DNA of 64,000 nucleotides from Candidatus Berkelbacteria bacterium (GTDB lineage Bacteria; Patescibacteriota; UBA1384; 2-12-FULL-50-11): NCBI GenBank assembly GCA_016432625.1, contig CP066697.1, positions 671,951 to 735,950 of the forward strand, read 5' to 3'. Shown piece by piece: positions 46,488 to 55,343 of this stretch (position 1 is its first letter; each line of letters starts with the position of its first letter). The notes under the pieces were generated by a model. It saw only the letters and a program-made list of their open reading frames with translations, ran no database searches and was not told where the DNA came from. The position numbers and the translations under genes were made by a program.

Positions 46488-48329
46488 ATGTGTGGCATCA
46501 CCGGGCTCATTACTTCGTCGACAGGTCTCGAGAAGCGCTTGAAGAAGATGGCCGACGTCATCAGCCATCGCGGTCCGGACGACGAGGGTTTCTGGATCGA
46601 CGATAAGGGCGAGGTTGGCTTGGGTCACCGTCGCTTATCTATCATCGATTTATCGAGCGCCGGTCACCAACCGATGGCCAACGAGGATGGGACGGTCTGG
46701 ATTGTTTTTAACGGCGAGGTTTATAACTTCGGTGACATCAAGCCTGAGCTTGAAGCCAAAGGGCATGTTTTTCGCTCCCAGACCGACAGCGAGGTACTGA
46801 TTCATGCTTACGAGGAGTACGGCGAGAAGATGGTAGGCAGACTCAACGGCATGTGGGCGTTCATTATTTACGACACAAAAAACCAACGCCTGTTCGCCTC
46901 CCGCGACCGCATGGGCGTCAAACCGCTTTATTACTACCGCTCCGGCCAGGACTTAGTGTTAGGCTCTGAAATCAAAGCGATTCTTGCCTCAGATCTAGTG
47001 AAGCCGGCTGTTGATTTGGAGGGCTTGAACGAGTACTTCACTTTTCAGAATATCCTCAGCGAGCGGACGTTATTTGCCGACGTCAAGATGCTACCAGCCG
47101 GATATAATCTGACTTACGACCTCGCCAAGAAACGGCTCAGTCTCAGCCAATACTGGGACCTAAAATACGCGCCGGAGAATAAGAGTGAGGATGAGTTCGC
47201 CGAGATGATTACGGAGACTTTCCGCGAGTCGATGGATCGCCATCTCATTAGTGATGTGCCTGTTGGGGCAACAATCAGCGGCGGCATGGACTCCTCAGCA
47301 ATTGTCGCTACTACGACCAAACATTTCCGTAATCTCGACACTTTCACCGGCGGCTTTGACACCAAGAACTTGGCTGAAGGTGATCGCTCGTTCGACGAGC
47401 GCGGCGACGCCCGACTAATCGCTAAGACTTTTGGCACTAATCACCACGAACGCCTAATTAGTCCGAGTGACGCCTTAGACTACCTGCCTTCAATCGCTTA
47501 CCACTTCGAAGACCCGAAAGTCGCGATGTGCTACACCTTCTACCTGATCGCCGAGATCGTCAGCAAGGAGGTGAAGGTCGTTCTATCTGGTTCTGGTGGT
47601 GACGAGGCTTTTGCCGGCTACCCGTGGCGCTACCAACTTATTGAAGGCAAAACCAACCGCCACGACTTCGACCAAGCGCTATACGGCTGGTGGAGCCGGT
47701 TAGTTAAAGACCAAGACAAAAAGCGCTTCTTTACTCCAAGGGTCTTGGGCCAGATTGATTTAAAAACGCCGTTTAAAGAGTACGGCAAAATTATCGACGC
47801 CGCTGGCGACGTTTCGCCGGTCAACAAAACACTCTACTTCGAGAATAAAACCTTCCTGCACGGTATGTTGATGGTTGAGGACAAGATGGATATGGCCTTC
47901 TCCGTTGAGGGTCGGGTGCCATTTCTGGATAACGAGATGGTCGATATCGCCAGGCGGATTCCTGACGAGCTTAAATACCGCGGCGGTAACGGTAAGTATT
48001 TGTTGCGCAAGGCCTTCAAACAGCTCTTGCCGGAGGAAATTACCGAAAAGCGGAAGCAAGGCTTTACGCCGCCCGATCAGACCTGGTACCGCCGCGAGCT
48101 AAAAGATGACATTGAGGATCTGCTGATGGGCCAAAAAACCCTTAGCCATCAATACATTAACCCAACCTATATTCGCCAAGTTCTTGACGAGCATAACGCC
48201 GGCGCCGATAACCGCTTAATTATGTGGAGCCTAATGTTCTTTGAGTGGTGGTGCCGGATTTATCTTGACGGCCAAAAGGTACCAACTTTGGGTAACGAAA
48301 AAGTGCCCACCCGCGTTCAAGCCGGGTAG
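46488..48329 (+). CDS. asnB: Asparagine synthase (glutamine-hydrolysing)-like amidotransferase, second copy
   Basis: 'MCGITGLI' N-terminus and 'ISGGMDSSAIV' PP-loop. 613 aa. Confidence 0.9.
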   Translation: MCGITGLITSSTGLEKRLKKMADVISHRGPDDEGFWIDDKGEVGLGHRRLSIIDLSSAGHQPMANEDGTVWIVFNGEVYNFGDIKPELEAKGHVFRSQTDSEVLIHAYEEYGEKMVGRLNGMWAFIIYDTKNQRLFASRDRMGVKPLYYYRSGQDLVLGSEIKAILASDLVKPAVDLEGLNEYFTFQNILSERTLFADVKMLPAGYNLTYDLAKKRLSLSQYWDLKYAPENKSEDEFAEMITETFRESMDRHLISDVPVGATISGGMDSSAIVATTTKHFRNLDTFTGGFDTKNLAEGDRSFDERGDARLIAKTFGTNHHERLISPSDALDYLPSIAYHFEDPKVAMCYTFYLIAEIVSKEVKVVLSGSGGDEAFAGYPWRYQLIEGKTNRHDFDQALYGWWSRLVKDQDKKRFFTPRVLGQIDLKTPFKEYGKIIDAAGDVSPVNKTLYFENKTFLHGMLMVEDKMDMAFSVEGRVPFLDNEMVDIARRIPDELKYRGGNGKYLLRKAFKQLLPEEITEKRKQGFTPPDQTWYRRELKDDIEDLLMGQKTLSHQYINPTYIRQVLDEHNAGADNRLIMWSLMFFEWWCRIYLDGQKVPTLGNEKVPTRVQAG

Positions 48330-48350
48330 GCACTTTTGGAAGTGACGATC

Positions 48351-49451
48351 TTAGGAGAGTGACTCCTTGATCGCCTGGATGACGTAGTCCTGCTCTTCGC
48401 GAGTCAGGTCCGGTCCGATGGGCAAGCTGAGCACTTCAGCCGCCGCTCGCTCCGCTTCCGGCAATTCGTAGCCGAAATCGGCGAACGGTTCGAGCTTGTG
48501 AATCGCGACAGGGTAGTAGATCTCCGTGGAGACCCCTTTCACCTTCAACGATTCCTGGAGCTCATCGCGCCGACCACCGTTCACCCGCAGGGTGTACTGG
48601 TGGAAGACGTGGGTACCGTAGTCGCGAGTCGCTGGCACAGAGAGCCCTTCGACCTCGGCCAATGCCTCGCTGTAGTACGTGGCCGCTTCGAGCCGCCGCG
48701 CGTTGCACCAGTCGAGGTGCGGCAGTTTGGTCCGCAAGATCGCCGCCTGCAACGTGTCGAGCCGGGAGTTGTAGCCGGCCACTTCGTTGTGGTATTTCTT
48801 GCGCGCTCCGTGGTTACGGAGCATCCGTAGCTTTTCGGCCATCTCATCGTCGTCCGTCAGCATCATACCGCCGTCGCCGTAGGCGCCGAGGTTTTTGCTG
48901 GGGAAGAACGACAGGCAACCGATGTCGCCGATCGTACCAAGCTTGTTGCCTTGGTAATCAGCGCCGAAAGCCTGGGCGACGTCTTCGACGATCGCCAGGT
49001 CGTGCTCGGCGGCCAACGTCACCAGCGGATCCATATCGACCGCTTGGCCGAATAGGTGTACCGGGATGATCGCTTTGGTACGAGAATTGATCCTCGGCGC
49101 AACCTCGTCGACGTTCATGTTGAACGTCTCGGGATCGATATCGACGAAGACCGCCTTCACACCAAGGTGCAGGAGCGGTTCGACGGTGGCAAAGAAGGTG
49201 AACGGGGTCGTAATGACTTCGTCGCCTTCCTTCAAGTCGAGCGCTCGGGCAGCGATCATTAGAGCATCGGTGCCGGAGTTACAGCCAATGGCGTGTTTGG
49301 CGCCAGTGTAGGCGGCGATCTCGGTTTCGAATTCCTTGACCGGCGCGCCCATGATGAATTGAGTGCTTGCGAGCACTCCCTCGATCGCTTCGGTGAGCTG
49401 CGGCCGGAGCCGTTCCACCTCGAGACCGAGATTGAGCATTCTGACTTCCAT
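48351..49451 (-). CDS. DegT/DnrJ/EryC1/StrS-family PLP-dependent sugar aminotransferase (WbpE-like)
   Basis: 'SFFPSKNLGAYGDGGMMLTDDDEMAEKLRMLRNHG' contains the catalytic Lys region of DegT aminotransferases. Confidence 0.9.
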   Translation of the reverse strand: MEVRMLNLGLEVERLRPQLTEAIEGVLASTQFIMGAPVKEFETEIAAYTGAKHAIGCNSGTDALMIAARALDLKEGDEVITTPFTFFATVEPLLHLGVKAVFVDIDPETFNMNVDEVAPRINSRTKAIIPVHLFGQAVDMDPLVTLAAEHDLAIVEDVAQAFGADYQGNKLGTIGDIGCLSFFPSKNLGAYGDGGMMLTDDDEMAEKLRMLRNHGARKKYHNEVAGYNSRLDTLQAAILRTKLPHLDWCNARRLEAATYYSEALAEVEGLSVPATRDYGTHVFHQYTLRVNGGRRDELQESLKVKGVSTEIYYPVAIHKLEPFADFGYELPEAERAAAEVLSLPIGPDLTREEQDYVIQAIKESLS

Positions 49452-49508
49452 AGTTCTTTCGATGTTCCTTACCCTGTCTGGTCGAAACCAGACAGGGATT
49501 TGTGGTTG

Positions 49509-50177
49509 CTACTCGGTTACCGGCTCGAGACGGCCGTCGCTTTCGCGATACGCTCGGCCACAGTCTGTGCAGACGAGCCGTCCTTGATCGTGCTCCCTGA
49601 GGGGGTTGCCGCACTCACAGGTCCAACCGACCTGCTTGGCCGGCACGCCCATGACGAGAGCGTAGGGCAGGATGTCGCGGGTGACGCAGGCGTGAGCTGC
49701 CACAAAGCAGCGCTCTCCCAGAGTCGTACCGCAGACAACCGTTACTCCCGCCCCGATGGTGGCGCCGCGTTTGACCAACGTTTTGACGTAGTCGTCGCTG
49801 GTCTCCCGAGGGAAACCGCAACGCGGGATCAGAACGTTAGTGAAGCGCATGTTCGGGCCACAGAAGACCAGATCCTCCAGGGTTACCCCTTCGAAGATGC
49901 TGATGTGGTTTTGGATCTTGCAGCCGCGGCCGATCTCGACGTTACGCTCGATTGAGACGTACTTGCCGATCCGACAGTCGTTGCCGATCTTGGCGCCGCC
50001 CATGATGTTTGAGTAGTGCCAGACCTGGACGTTGTCGCCGAGGCGAGCGCCCTTGTTGATGATGACACCAATGCCAATCTTGCAGTTTTGACCGATGACA
50101 ACATCGTCCTCGATCACTGCGTTATACATGACAGTTGTGCCTTCACCGATCTGGGCCTTGTCGCTGATCTGACTCAT
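49509..50177 (-). CDS. Hexapeptide-repeat (LbH) sugar N-acetyltransferase (WbpD-like) with C-terminal Cys4 zinc-ribbon
   Basis: Repeated [LIV]-G-x-x-x-x hexapeptides ('IGQNCKIGIGVIINKGARLGDNVQV'). C-terminal 'CECGNPLREHDQGRLVCTDCGRAY'. Confidence 0.85.
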   Translation of the reverse strand: MSQISDKAQIGEGTTVMYNAVIEDDVVIGQNCKIGIGVIINKGARLGDNVQVWHYSNIMGGAKIGNDCRIGKYVSIERNVEIGRGCKIQNHISIFEGVTLEDLVFCGPNMRFTNVLIPRCGFPRETSDDYVKTLVKRGATIGAGVTVVCGTTLGERCFVAAHACVTRDILPYALVMGVPAKQVGWTCECGNPLREHDQGRLVCTDCGRAYRESDGRLEPVTE

Positions 50178-51112
50178 GACTGAGCCTCCTTGGCCGCTTC
50201 GAGCACTTTGACCACGGTGAGACCTTGCTCACCGTTCGATCGCGGCACTGTGCGGTCGCGAACGCACGCGATGAAATGCTCCATCTCGTTGCGTAGCGGC
50301 TCCTCGCCCTCAGGCTTGGTGTAGACCACTTCGGGATCCACATTGATCGCCTTGAGGTCTTCGCCGATACGGCTGCGGTGAAGCGTCACCGTTTCGTCGT
50401 ACTCGTTGTAAACGAGCGAGCCGGCCGAGCCGACGACAGTCAGGCCGCGCTGCTTGACTGGCCAGAGCCAGGAGCAGTGCAGATGAGCCCGGACGTTGTC
50501 CGGAAACTCGAAGCTAACGTAGTAGTCGTCCTCGACTCCTGCCTGAAGCGCCGCTTGGCCGTGTCCCGTCACCTTGACAGGGTCTTGGCCAACCAAATGC
50601 AACAGCGAGGCAACGTCGTGAACGCCTAGGCTCCACAAGCAATTCTCGTGAGAGCGTACGATCCCGAGACCGAGACGCTCCAGATGGATGCTATAGAGAG
50701 TACCGATCTCACCACGCCGAATCGCTTCGGCGATGTAGTTGATCGCCCCTTTGTAGAGCAAGAGGTGGCCGACCATCAGTACCCTGTCGAGACCTTGAGC
50801 GGTTTCGACAAGACATTGCGCTTCGCCGAGGCAAAGCGTGATCGGTTTTTCGACGAAAACGTCCTTGCCCAACCGTAGAAGGTCAGAGGCAAGTTCGTAA
50901 TGGGATTGGGCTGGTGTCGCGATCGCCACAGCGGTTATTTCCGGCGCCACCGCAAGGTGGCTCTCATACACCGGAATACCCGGGTACTCAGTAGCGAGGG
51001 TCACTCGCCGTTCCGGATCCGTTTCGACGACTGCGCCCAGGTTCCCCATGTTGTGGAGCGTGCGGACAATATTAATGCCCCACTTTCCGCTACCAATAAC
51101 GGCAATCTTCAT
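50174..51112 (-). CDS. Gfo/Idh/MocA-family NAD(P)-dependent oxidoreductase (WbpB-like)
   Basis: 'MKIAVIGSGKWG' Rossmann motif and the 'VFVEKPIT' EKP motif. A GGAGG RBS is present. It overlaps the next gene by 4 nt. Confidence 0.85.
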   Translation of the reverse strand: MKIAVIGSGKWGINIVRTLHNMGNLGAVVETDPERRVTLATEYPGIPVYESHLAVAPEITAVAIATPAQSHYELASDLLRLGKDVFVEKPITLCLGEAQCLVETAQGLDRVLMVGHLLLYKGAINYIAEAIRRGEIGTLYSIHLERLGLGIVRSHENCLWSLGVHDVASLLHLVGQDPVKVTGHGQAALQAGVEDDYYVSFEFPDNVRAHLHCSWLWPVKQRGLTVVGSAGSLVYNEYDETVTLHRSRIGEDLKAINVDPEVVYTKPEGEEPLRNEMEHFIACVRDRTVPRSNGEQGLTVVKVLEAAKEAQS

Positions 51113-51163
51113 TCAGTCCTCCAATGGAAAGGGTCGCGCCCTGTGCCTAATTCAAGCCCAGGG

Positions 51164-51192
51164 TTGCGTTGAGATTATAAATAAACAGCCTG
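51164..51192 (-). promoter_or_regulatory. Sigma70-like promoter (TGGACA-17-TATAAT) for the wbpB-like operon, with a 7-bp inverted repeat over the -35 box
   Basis: Plus-strand 'attata' at 51164-51169 and 'tgtcca' at 51187-51192. The palindrome agcctgg-gattgtc-caggct straddles the -35 box. GGAGG lies 5 nt before ATG 51112. Confidence 0.5.
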
Positions 51193-51216
51193 GGATTGTC
51201 CAGGCTCGATAAAGAA

Positions 51217-51259
51217 ATGTTCGGGTGAAAATCAAAAGGGAGCAGACGCTTGTAAGGCG
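51217..51259 (-). terminator. Rho-independent terminator after the wbpA-like gene
   Basis: On the minus strand: gggagcag...ctgctccc hairpin followed by TTTTGATTTT. Confidence 0.5.
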
Positions 51260-51297
51260 CACTGCTCCCTTTGGCTGGGGGCGTGTGGTAAAGGCTC

Positions 51298-52632
51298 CTA
51301 GAGCAGGACGACGTTGTCGAAACTGCCCAAGGTGCGAGTGTGGCCGCGGGTGTCCAGAACCAGTCTGGCTTGCCCGATAAGACCCTGGTAGTCCACCGTC
51401 GAATGGTTGGTCGTGATGACCACCAGATCCATGCTTTGGAACAACTCATCGGTAAGCTCGACGCTCTCGAAGAGCGTGTCGCCGATCATGGTCTTCGGGA
51501 TGAACGGGTCGTGGTACTGAAGCACCGCACTCCGTTCGTGGAAGAGCCTAAAGACCTCGAGCGCCGGGCTCTCGCGATCGTCATCGATGTCGCCCTTGTA
51601 GGCAACGCCGAGGATGAGAACCTTGGCACCGTTGACGGCCTTCGCCGCTCGGTCGCTTAGGAGTCGCGCCGCTTTGTCGACGACAAAGTGCGGCATGTTC
51701 CGGTTGACCTTGCCAGCGAGCGCGATGAACTCCGTGGTGATCCCGAGCTCCTTGGCTTTGTGCTCCAAGTAGTGCGGGTCGAGCGGAATGCAGTGCCCGC
51801 CAACGCCCGGGCCTGGGTAGAAGGGCATGATGCCGAACGGCTTTGAATTGGCCGCATCGACCACTTCCCAAACGTTCAGTCTGAGCTGGTCGCAGATCAT
51901 CGCCAGCTCGTTGACAGCAGCGATGTTGTAAGCCCGGAAGGTGTTCTCCCAGACCTTGACGAGCTCCGCTGCCGATGCGCTCGACACGACCACGATGTGG
52001 TCGAGCGTCGTCTCGTAGAAGGCTTTGGCCACCTCCAGCGAGCGAGGGCCAACCGGACCAAGCACCTTGTGGGTGTTCTTGGTGGTGTACTTGATGTTGC
52101 CTGGGTCGACACGCTCCGGCGAATGGACGAGGTAGAAATCCTCCTCGACCTTCAAGCCGCTGCGTTCGAGAATTGGCAGCATCTCACCCTCGGTCGTGCC
52201 GGGGTACGTCGTTGACTCCAGCGAAACCAGTTGCCCGGCTCGCAGGTGTCGCGACAGTTCGTCGGTGACGCCAAGGACATATGTGAGGTCCGGCGTCAGA
52301 TTCTTGGTCAGGGGAGTCGGCACGGCGATGACGATGACGTCCATCTCCGGGACTCGCGAGAAATCGTGCGTGGCGACAAGCTTGCCGCCCTCGACGAGTT
52401 CTTTCAGCTCAGTGTCGTCGACGTCACGGATGTAATTCCGCGCGCCGTTGACCTGATCGCAACGATCTTGGTTTTGGTCGACGCCAATCACCGGGAAACC
52501 CGCTTTGGCCGCTTCGACAGCGAAGGGGAGGCCCACATAGCCCAGCCCAATCACGCCGACGACAGCCTCTTTAGTGCGGATTTTATCCAGCAGAGACGCC
52601 TCTTGATGTAGGGTACTCACAGCACCCAGCAT
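51298..52632 (-). CDS. UDP-N-acetyl-D-glucosamine/mannosamine 6-dehydrogenase (WbpA/WecC-like nucleotide-sugar dehydrogenase)
   Basis: 'VVGVIGLGYVGLPFAVEAAKAGFPVIGVD' N-terminal Rossmann motif. Catalytic Cys region 'GPGVGGHCIPLDPHYL'. Confidence 0.9.
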   Translation of the reverse strand: MLGAVSTLHQEASLLDKIRTKEAVVGVIGLGYVGLPFAVEAAKAGFPVIGVDQNQDRCDQVNGARNYIRDVDDTELKELVEGGKLVATHDFSRVPEMDVIVIAVPTPLTKNLTPDLTYVLGVTDELSRHLRAGQLVSLESTTYPGTTEGEMLPILERSGLKVEEDFYLVHSPERVDPGNIKYTTKNTHKVLGPVGPRSLEVAKAFYETTLDHIVVVSSASAAELVKVWENTFRAYNIAAVNELAMICDQLRLNVWEVVDAANSKPFGIMPFYPGPGVGGHCIPLDPHYLEHKAKELGITTEFIALAGKVNRNMPHFVVDKAARLLSDRAAKAVNGAKVLILGVAYKGDIDDDRESPALEVFRLFHERSAVLQYHDPFIPKTMIGDTLFESVELTDELFQSMDLVVITTNHSTVDYQGLIGQARLVLDTRGHTRTLGSFDNVVLL

Positions 52633-52667
52633 AATATAAAGCTTTGCCTAACCTGTCAAACCTAAGC

Positions 52668-53024
52668 TCAGCGTTTAGTCGTTCGGTTGAGGTGGTGCAA
52701 GTGGACCGAGCTCTCCTGAACTACCTCGTTGATACGACGATCCAAGTGATCGAGAACGGCGTAAATCCTATAGAGCAGATAGAAGATAATGACGATACTT
52801 AAGGTGAAGACTGCATCCTTGCCATCGCTAACGCCAAGGACTGAGGCTAGGAAATCAGCCTTGTTTGGCAAGAAGATAAAATAGGTCGCTAAGCCCCAGA
52901 CAAGCGTCCAGAATAAGAAGGCGCGCCAAGAAATAGCTCGCTCGCGATAGCGCAGCAATGCCCGCGACCAAGCGAAAACGAAAAACAAAGTAATGACAAT
53001 ATTGAAAGCGGTGAATCTAATCAT
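52668..53024 (-). CDS. DUF2304-family small membrane protein (GtrA-like partner of GT2)
   Basis: 118 aa with 3 TM helices. 'FNIVITLFFVFAWSRALLRYRERAISWRAFLFWTLVWGLATYFIFLP' matches the DUF2304 topology and sequence pattern. It overlaps the upstream GT2 by 4 nt. Confidence 0.6.
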   Translation of the reverse strand: MIRFTAFNIVITLFFVFAWSRALLRYRERAISWRAFLFWTLVWGLATYFIFLPNKADFLASVLGVSDGKDAVFTLSIVIIFYLLYRIYAVLDHLDRRINEVVQESSVHLHHLNRTTKR

Positions 53025-53740
53025 GACAACAGTCGCCTCATCATTAAGCGCCAGGTGATATTAAGACCGTTGAGGACGCGCTGGCCTTTGCGCAGGGAAT
53101 ATTCAGTGTAGATCGCCTCGATAGGAATCTCGCGGATTTTCAGCGAGTGGCGGCCGACTTCGCGGAAGATCTCCGTCGATACTTCCATCCTTGAAGGGAT
53201 GAGGCGAAGTTTCTCGACGGCTCTGGGGCCAAAGGCGCGCAAGCCCGACTGGGAGTCGGAGGTGCGGACGCCGGTGAAGACGAGTGTCAGGATATTCATG
53301 ACGTACTTATTGCCGAAGCGACGTAAGAACGGCGCGTCGCCGTCATCTTTTAACCAACGGGAACCGACGATGAAATCAGCCTTCTTCTTGGCGACCTCTT
53401 TCGCCATCGCTTCTAAATCTTTTGGTGAATGCTGGCCGTCAGAGTCAATAGTGATAGCGGCGTCAAACCCTTCACGACGGGCGATAAGCAAACCGGTGCT
53501 AATCGCGCCGCCCAAGCCTAGGTTGACGATGTGGCTGACAACGCGCGTGCCTTTCGAGCGAGCTATCTCGGCTGTTTTGTCTGAGGAGCCATCATCGATT
53601 ACTAGTAACTCGCACTGGAAACCGCTTCGACGCAGTTTCTTGGTCGTATCCAAAAAGCGGTCGAGAACTTCGCCGATGACTTTCGCTTCGTTGTAAGCCG
53701 GAATTATTACCGCCAGACGCATTTGGGGTGATGATAACAA
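53021..53740 (-). CDS. Glycosyltransferase family 2 (polyprenyl-phosphate sugar synthase, DPM1/GtrB-like)
   Basis: 'LAVIIPAYNEAKVIGEVLDR...IDDGSSDKTAEIA' and 'DSDGQHSP' are motifs of GtrB/DPM1-type GT2 enzymes. Confidence 0.85.
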   Translation of the reverse strand: MLSSPQMRLAVIIPAYNEAKVIGEVLDRFLDTTKKLRRSGFQCELLVIDDGSSDKTAEIARSKGTRVVSHIVNLGLGGAISTGLLIARREGFDAAITIDSDGQHSPKDLEAMAKEVAKKKADFIVGSRWLKDDGDAPFLRRFGNKYVMNILTLVFTGVRTSDSQSGLRAFGPRAVEKLRLIPSRMEVSTEIFREVGRHSLKIREIPIEAIYTEYSLRKGQRVLNGLNITWRLMMRRLLS

Positions 53741-53812
53741 ACCACAACAGGTTTAGCTAGAGTCTGGGAGATACAGTTAGCGGCGGCAAACTAGCTGGTA
53801 CAATCAGAGAAG

Positions 53813-55303
53813 ATGAGAACCCTTATTAACGCAAAGAGTTTTGAGCGTTATTTTGTTGGCGCCGTCGTCATTCTTTACGCAGCGTTTTGGATATATGTGA
53901 CGCTTAATCACGGCGCAGCCGTCCCCCCAGGGGACGACTCAAACTTTCACCTCAAGACGATTCGCGCCATCCTTGACGGTAAAGCCGCTAGCTCGCCCAA
54001 CTACCCCGTCGGCTTTCATTATCTCGCGGCTGGCCTGTCTTGGATTCTTAACGTTAATCCAGTCAAGTTATCGATCGGCATCTTCGCATTACTTTTGCCG
54101 CTCAGCTCCTTGGCGCTTTACTTTTCTTGTCGCGCTTTACTAGGAAGAACTGTCGCCCTAATCACCTTCGCCCTCTACACACTCATCTCTTTTCAACCGA
54201 TGCAGACGCTCTACGACGGCGGTCTGCCCAACGTTTTGGCAGCCGGAATTTTACTGCCGCTGTTTTTCGTTTGTTACTTAAAATTCTTAGAGCTAGCGGG
54301 GAAGGAGCGCTGGCGTTACGCTGCTTTTAGCCTGCTGTTGGCACTATTTATTTTCCTGACCCACCATTTAAGTGCCCTCTATCTAACCGGAGTGGTTGTA
54401 GTCGCTACGCCGCTGCTGACATTTTTTGCCAAACCAGGCGAGCGGCGCACTCAGCTTGGCTGGTTCGGCGTTGTTACAGTCGTCGGCATTGGGGCGTTGA
54501 TTATGAGCGGCGCGATTACTCCCACTGTTAATTTGGTACGCCAGGTTGTTTCGTTTGCCCCCACCTTCCCCTTTATTAGCCTGATCGGCGAGGTGCAGGA
54601 TCCGGGCTGGATCTACCGAAGTTACCGCGATTACAAAGAGGGGATCGGTCCGACATTGGTGATACTCGGCAGTCTTTATCCGCTAGCGTTCCTCGTGCTG
54701 ATGTGGAAACGACAGCTGAAGCGAGCTCACGTACTAATCCTAATCTGGCTACTATTACTGCTTATCGCCTCCCGCTTAAGCGGCCTAGGCGTTCCCGCGC
54801 GGGCCGCCAAAGACATGGCTCTGCCGCTCTCGATGGCCGGCGGCGTCTTGGTCGCTATGGTCTGGCAAGAGCGCTCTCATCTGTGGCGTCTCGTCGCTGT
54901 CGCCGCAACCGTTTGGGTTCTGATTGTGGGAGGGATCGACATGACTAATAAGTTCGTCCGCATTGATGATCTGACTAGGATGTTTAGAGTAACAAAGGCT
55001 GACGAGCAGCTACTGCGAGACGTCCCGGCCGGTTCTCACGTTGCCGTTTACGGCATTAGCCAGCTTTTGAGCCACCTTCGACCGGAAGTAAAATTCACCA
55101 ACCTTCATTCTCAGCAGGAGACCCCACTGAACGTTTGGCTCGGGGAGTTTGATTACGTGATTGTTGAGATGGGTGAATGGCCACATGTTCCCCCCGACGA
55201 GGAGCTGCTTCGGCAAATGATCGAAAGCCCGGAGCTCAAGATAGTCAGGTCCGCGAGCGACCGCTGGAAGACGCTCTATCTGTTCGAGGTTCGGAAGAAC
55301 TGA
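53813..55303 (+). CDS. Large multi-pass membrane protein (496 aa), candidate GT-C-type glycosyltransferase using a polyprenyl-P-sugar donor
   Basis: About 12 TM helices. A first-loop acidic motif 'PPGDDSNFH'. Adjacent divergent partner of the DUF2304 + GT2 pair. Confidence 0.35.
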   Translation: MRTLINAKSFERYFVGAVVILYAAFWIYVTLNHGAAVPPGDDSNFHLKTIRAILDGKAASSPNYPVGFHYLAAGLSWILNVNPVKLSIGIFALLLPLSSLALYFSCRALLGRTVALITFALYTLISFQPMQTLYDGGLPNVLAAGILLPLFFVCYLKFLELAGKERWRYAAFSLLLALFIFLTHHLSALYLTGVVVVATPLLTFFAKPGERRTQLGWFGVVTVVGIGALIMSGAITPTVNLVRQVVSFAPTFPFISLIGEVQDPGWIYRSYRDYKEGIGPTLVILGSLYPLAFLVLMWKRQLKRAHVLILIWLLLLLIASRLSGLGVPARAAKDMALPLSMAGGVLVAMVWQERSHLWRLVAVAATVWVLIVGGIDMTNKFVRIDDLTRMFRVTKADEQLLRDVPAGSHVAVYGISQLLSHLRPEVKFTNLHSQQETPLNVWLGEFDYVIVEMGEWPHVPPDEELLRQMIESPELKIVRSASDRWKTLYLFEVRKN

Positions 55304-55343
55304 GACTTTTTTTGCCTCCCGCTTTGGTCTAACGTGGGGAGTA

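Noticed and set aside
48498-49069. Arg-rich ORFs (110, 88 and 135 aa) overlapping the DegT aminotransferase gene on both strands
   Set aside because: Their extreme Arg/Pro/Ser composition (for example 'RRRRRRGFCWGRTTGNRCRRS') is typical of out-of-frame translation of GC-rich coding sequence. The DegT frame has clear family motifs.
49293-50104. Plus-strand 220-aa ORF and small minus-strand ORFs overlapping the acetyltransferase and oxidoreductase genes
   Set aside because: No motifs and a biased composition. They overlap well-supported genes in the other frame.
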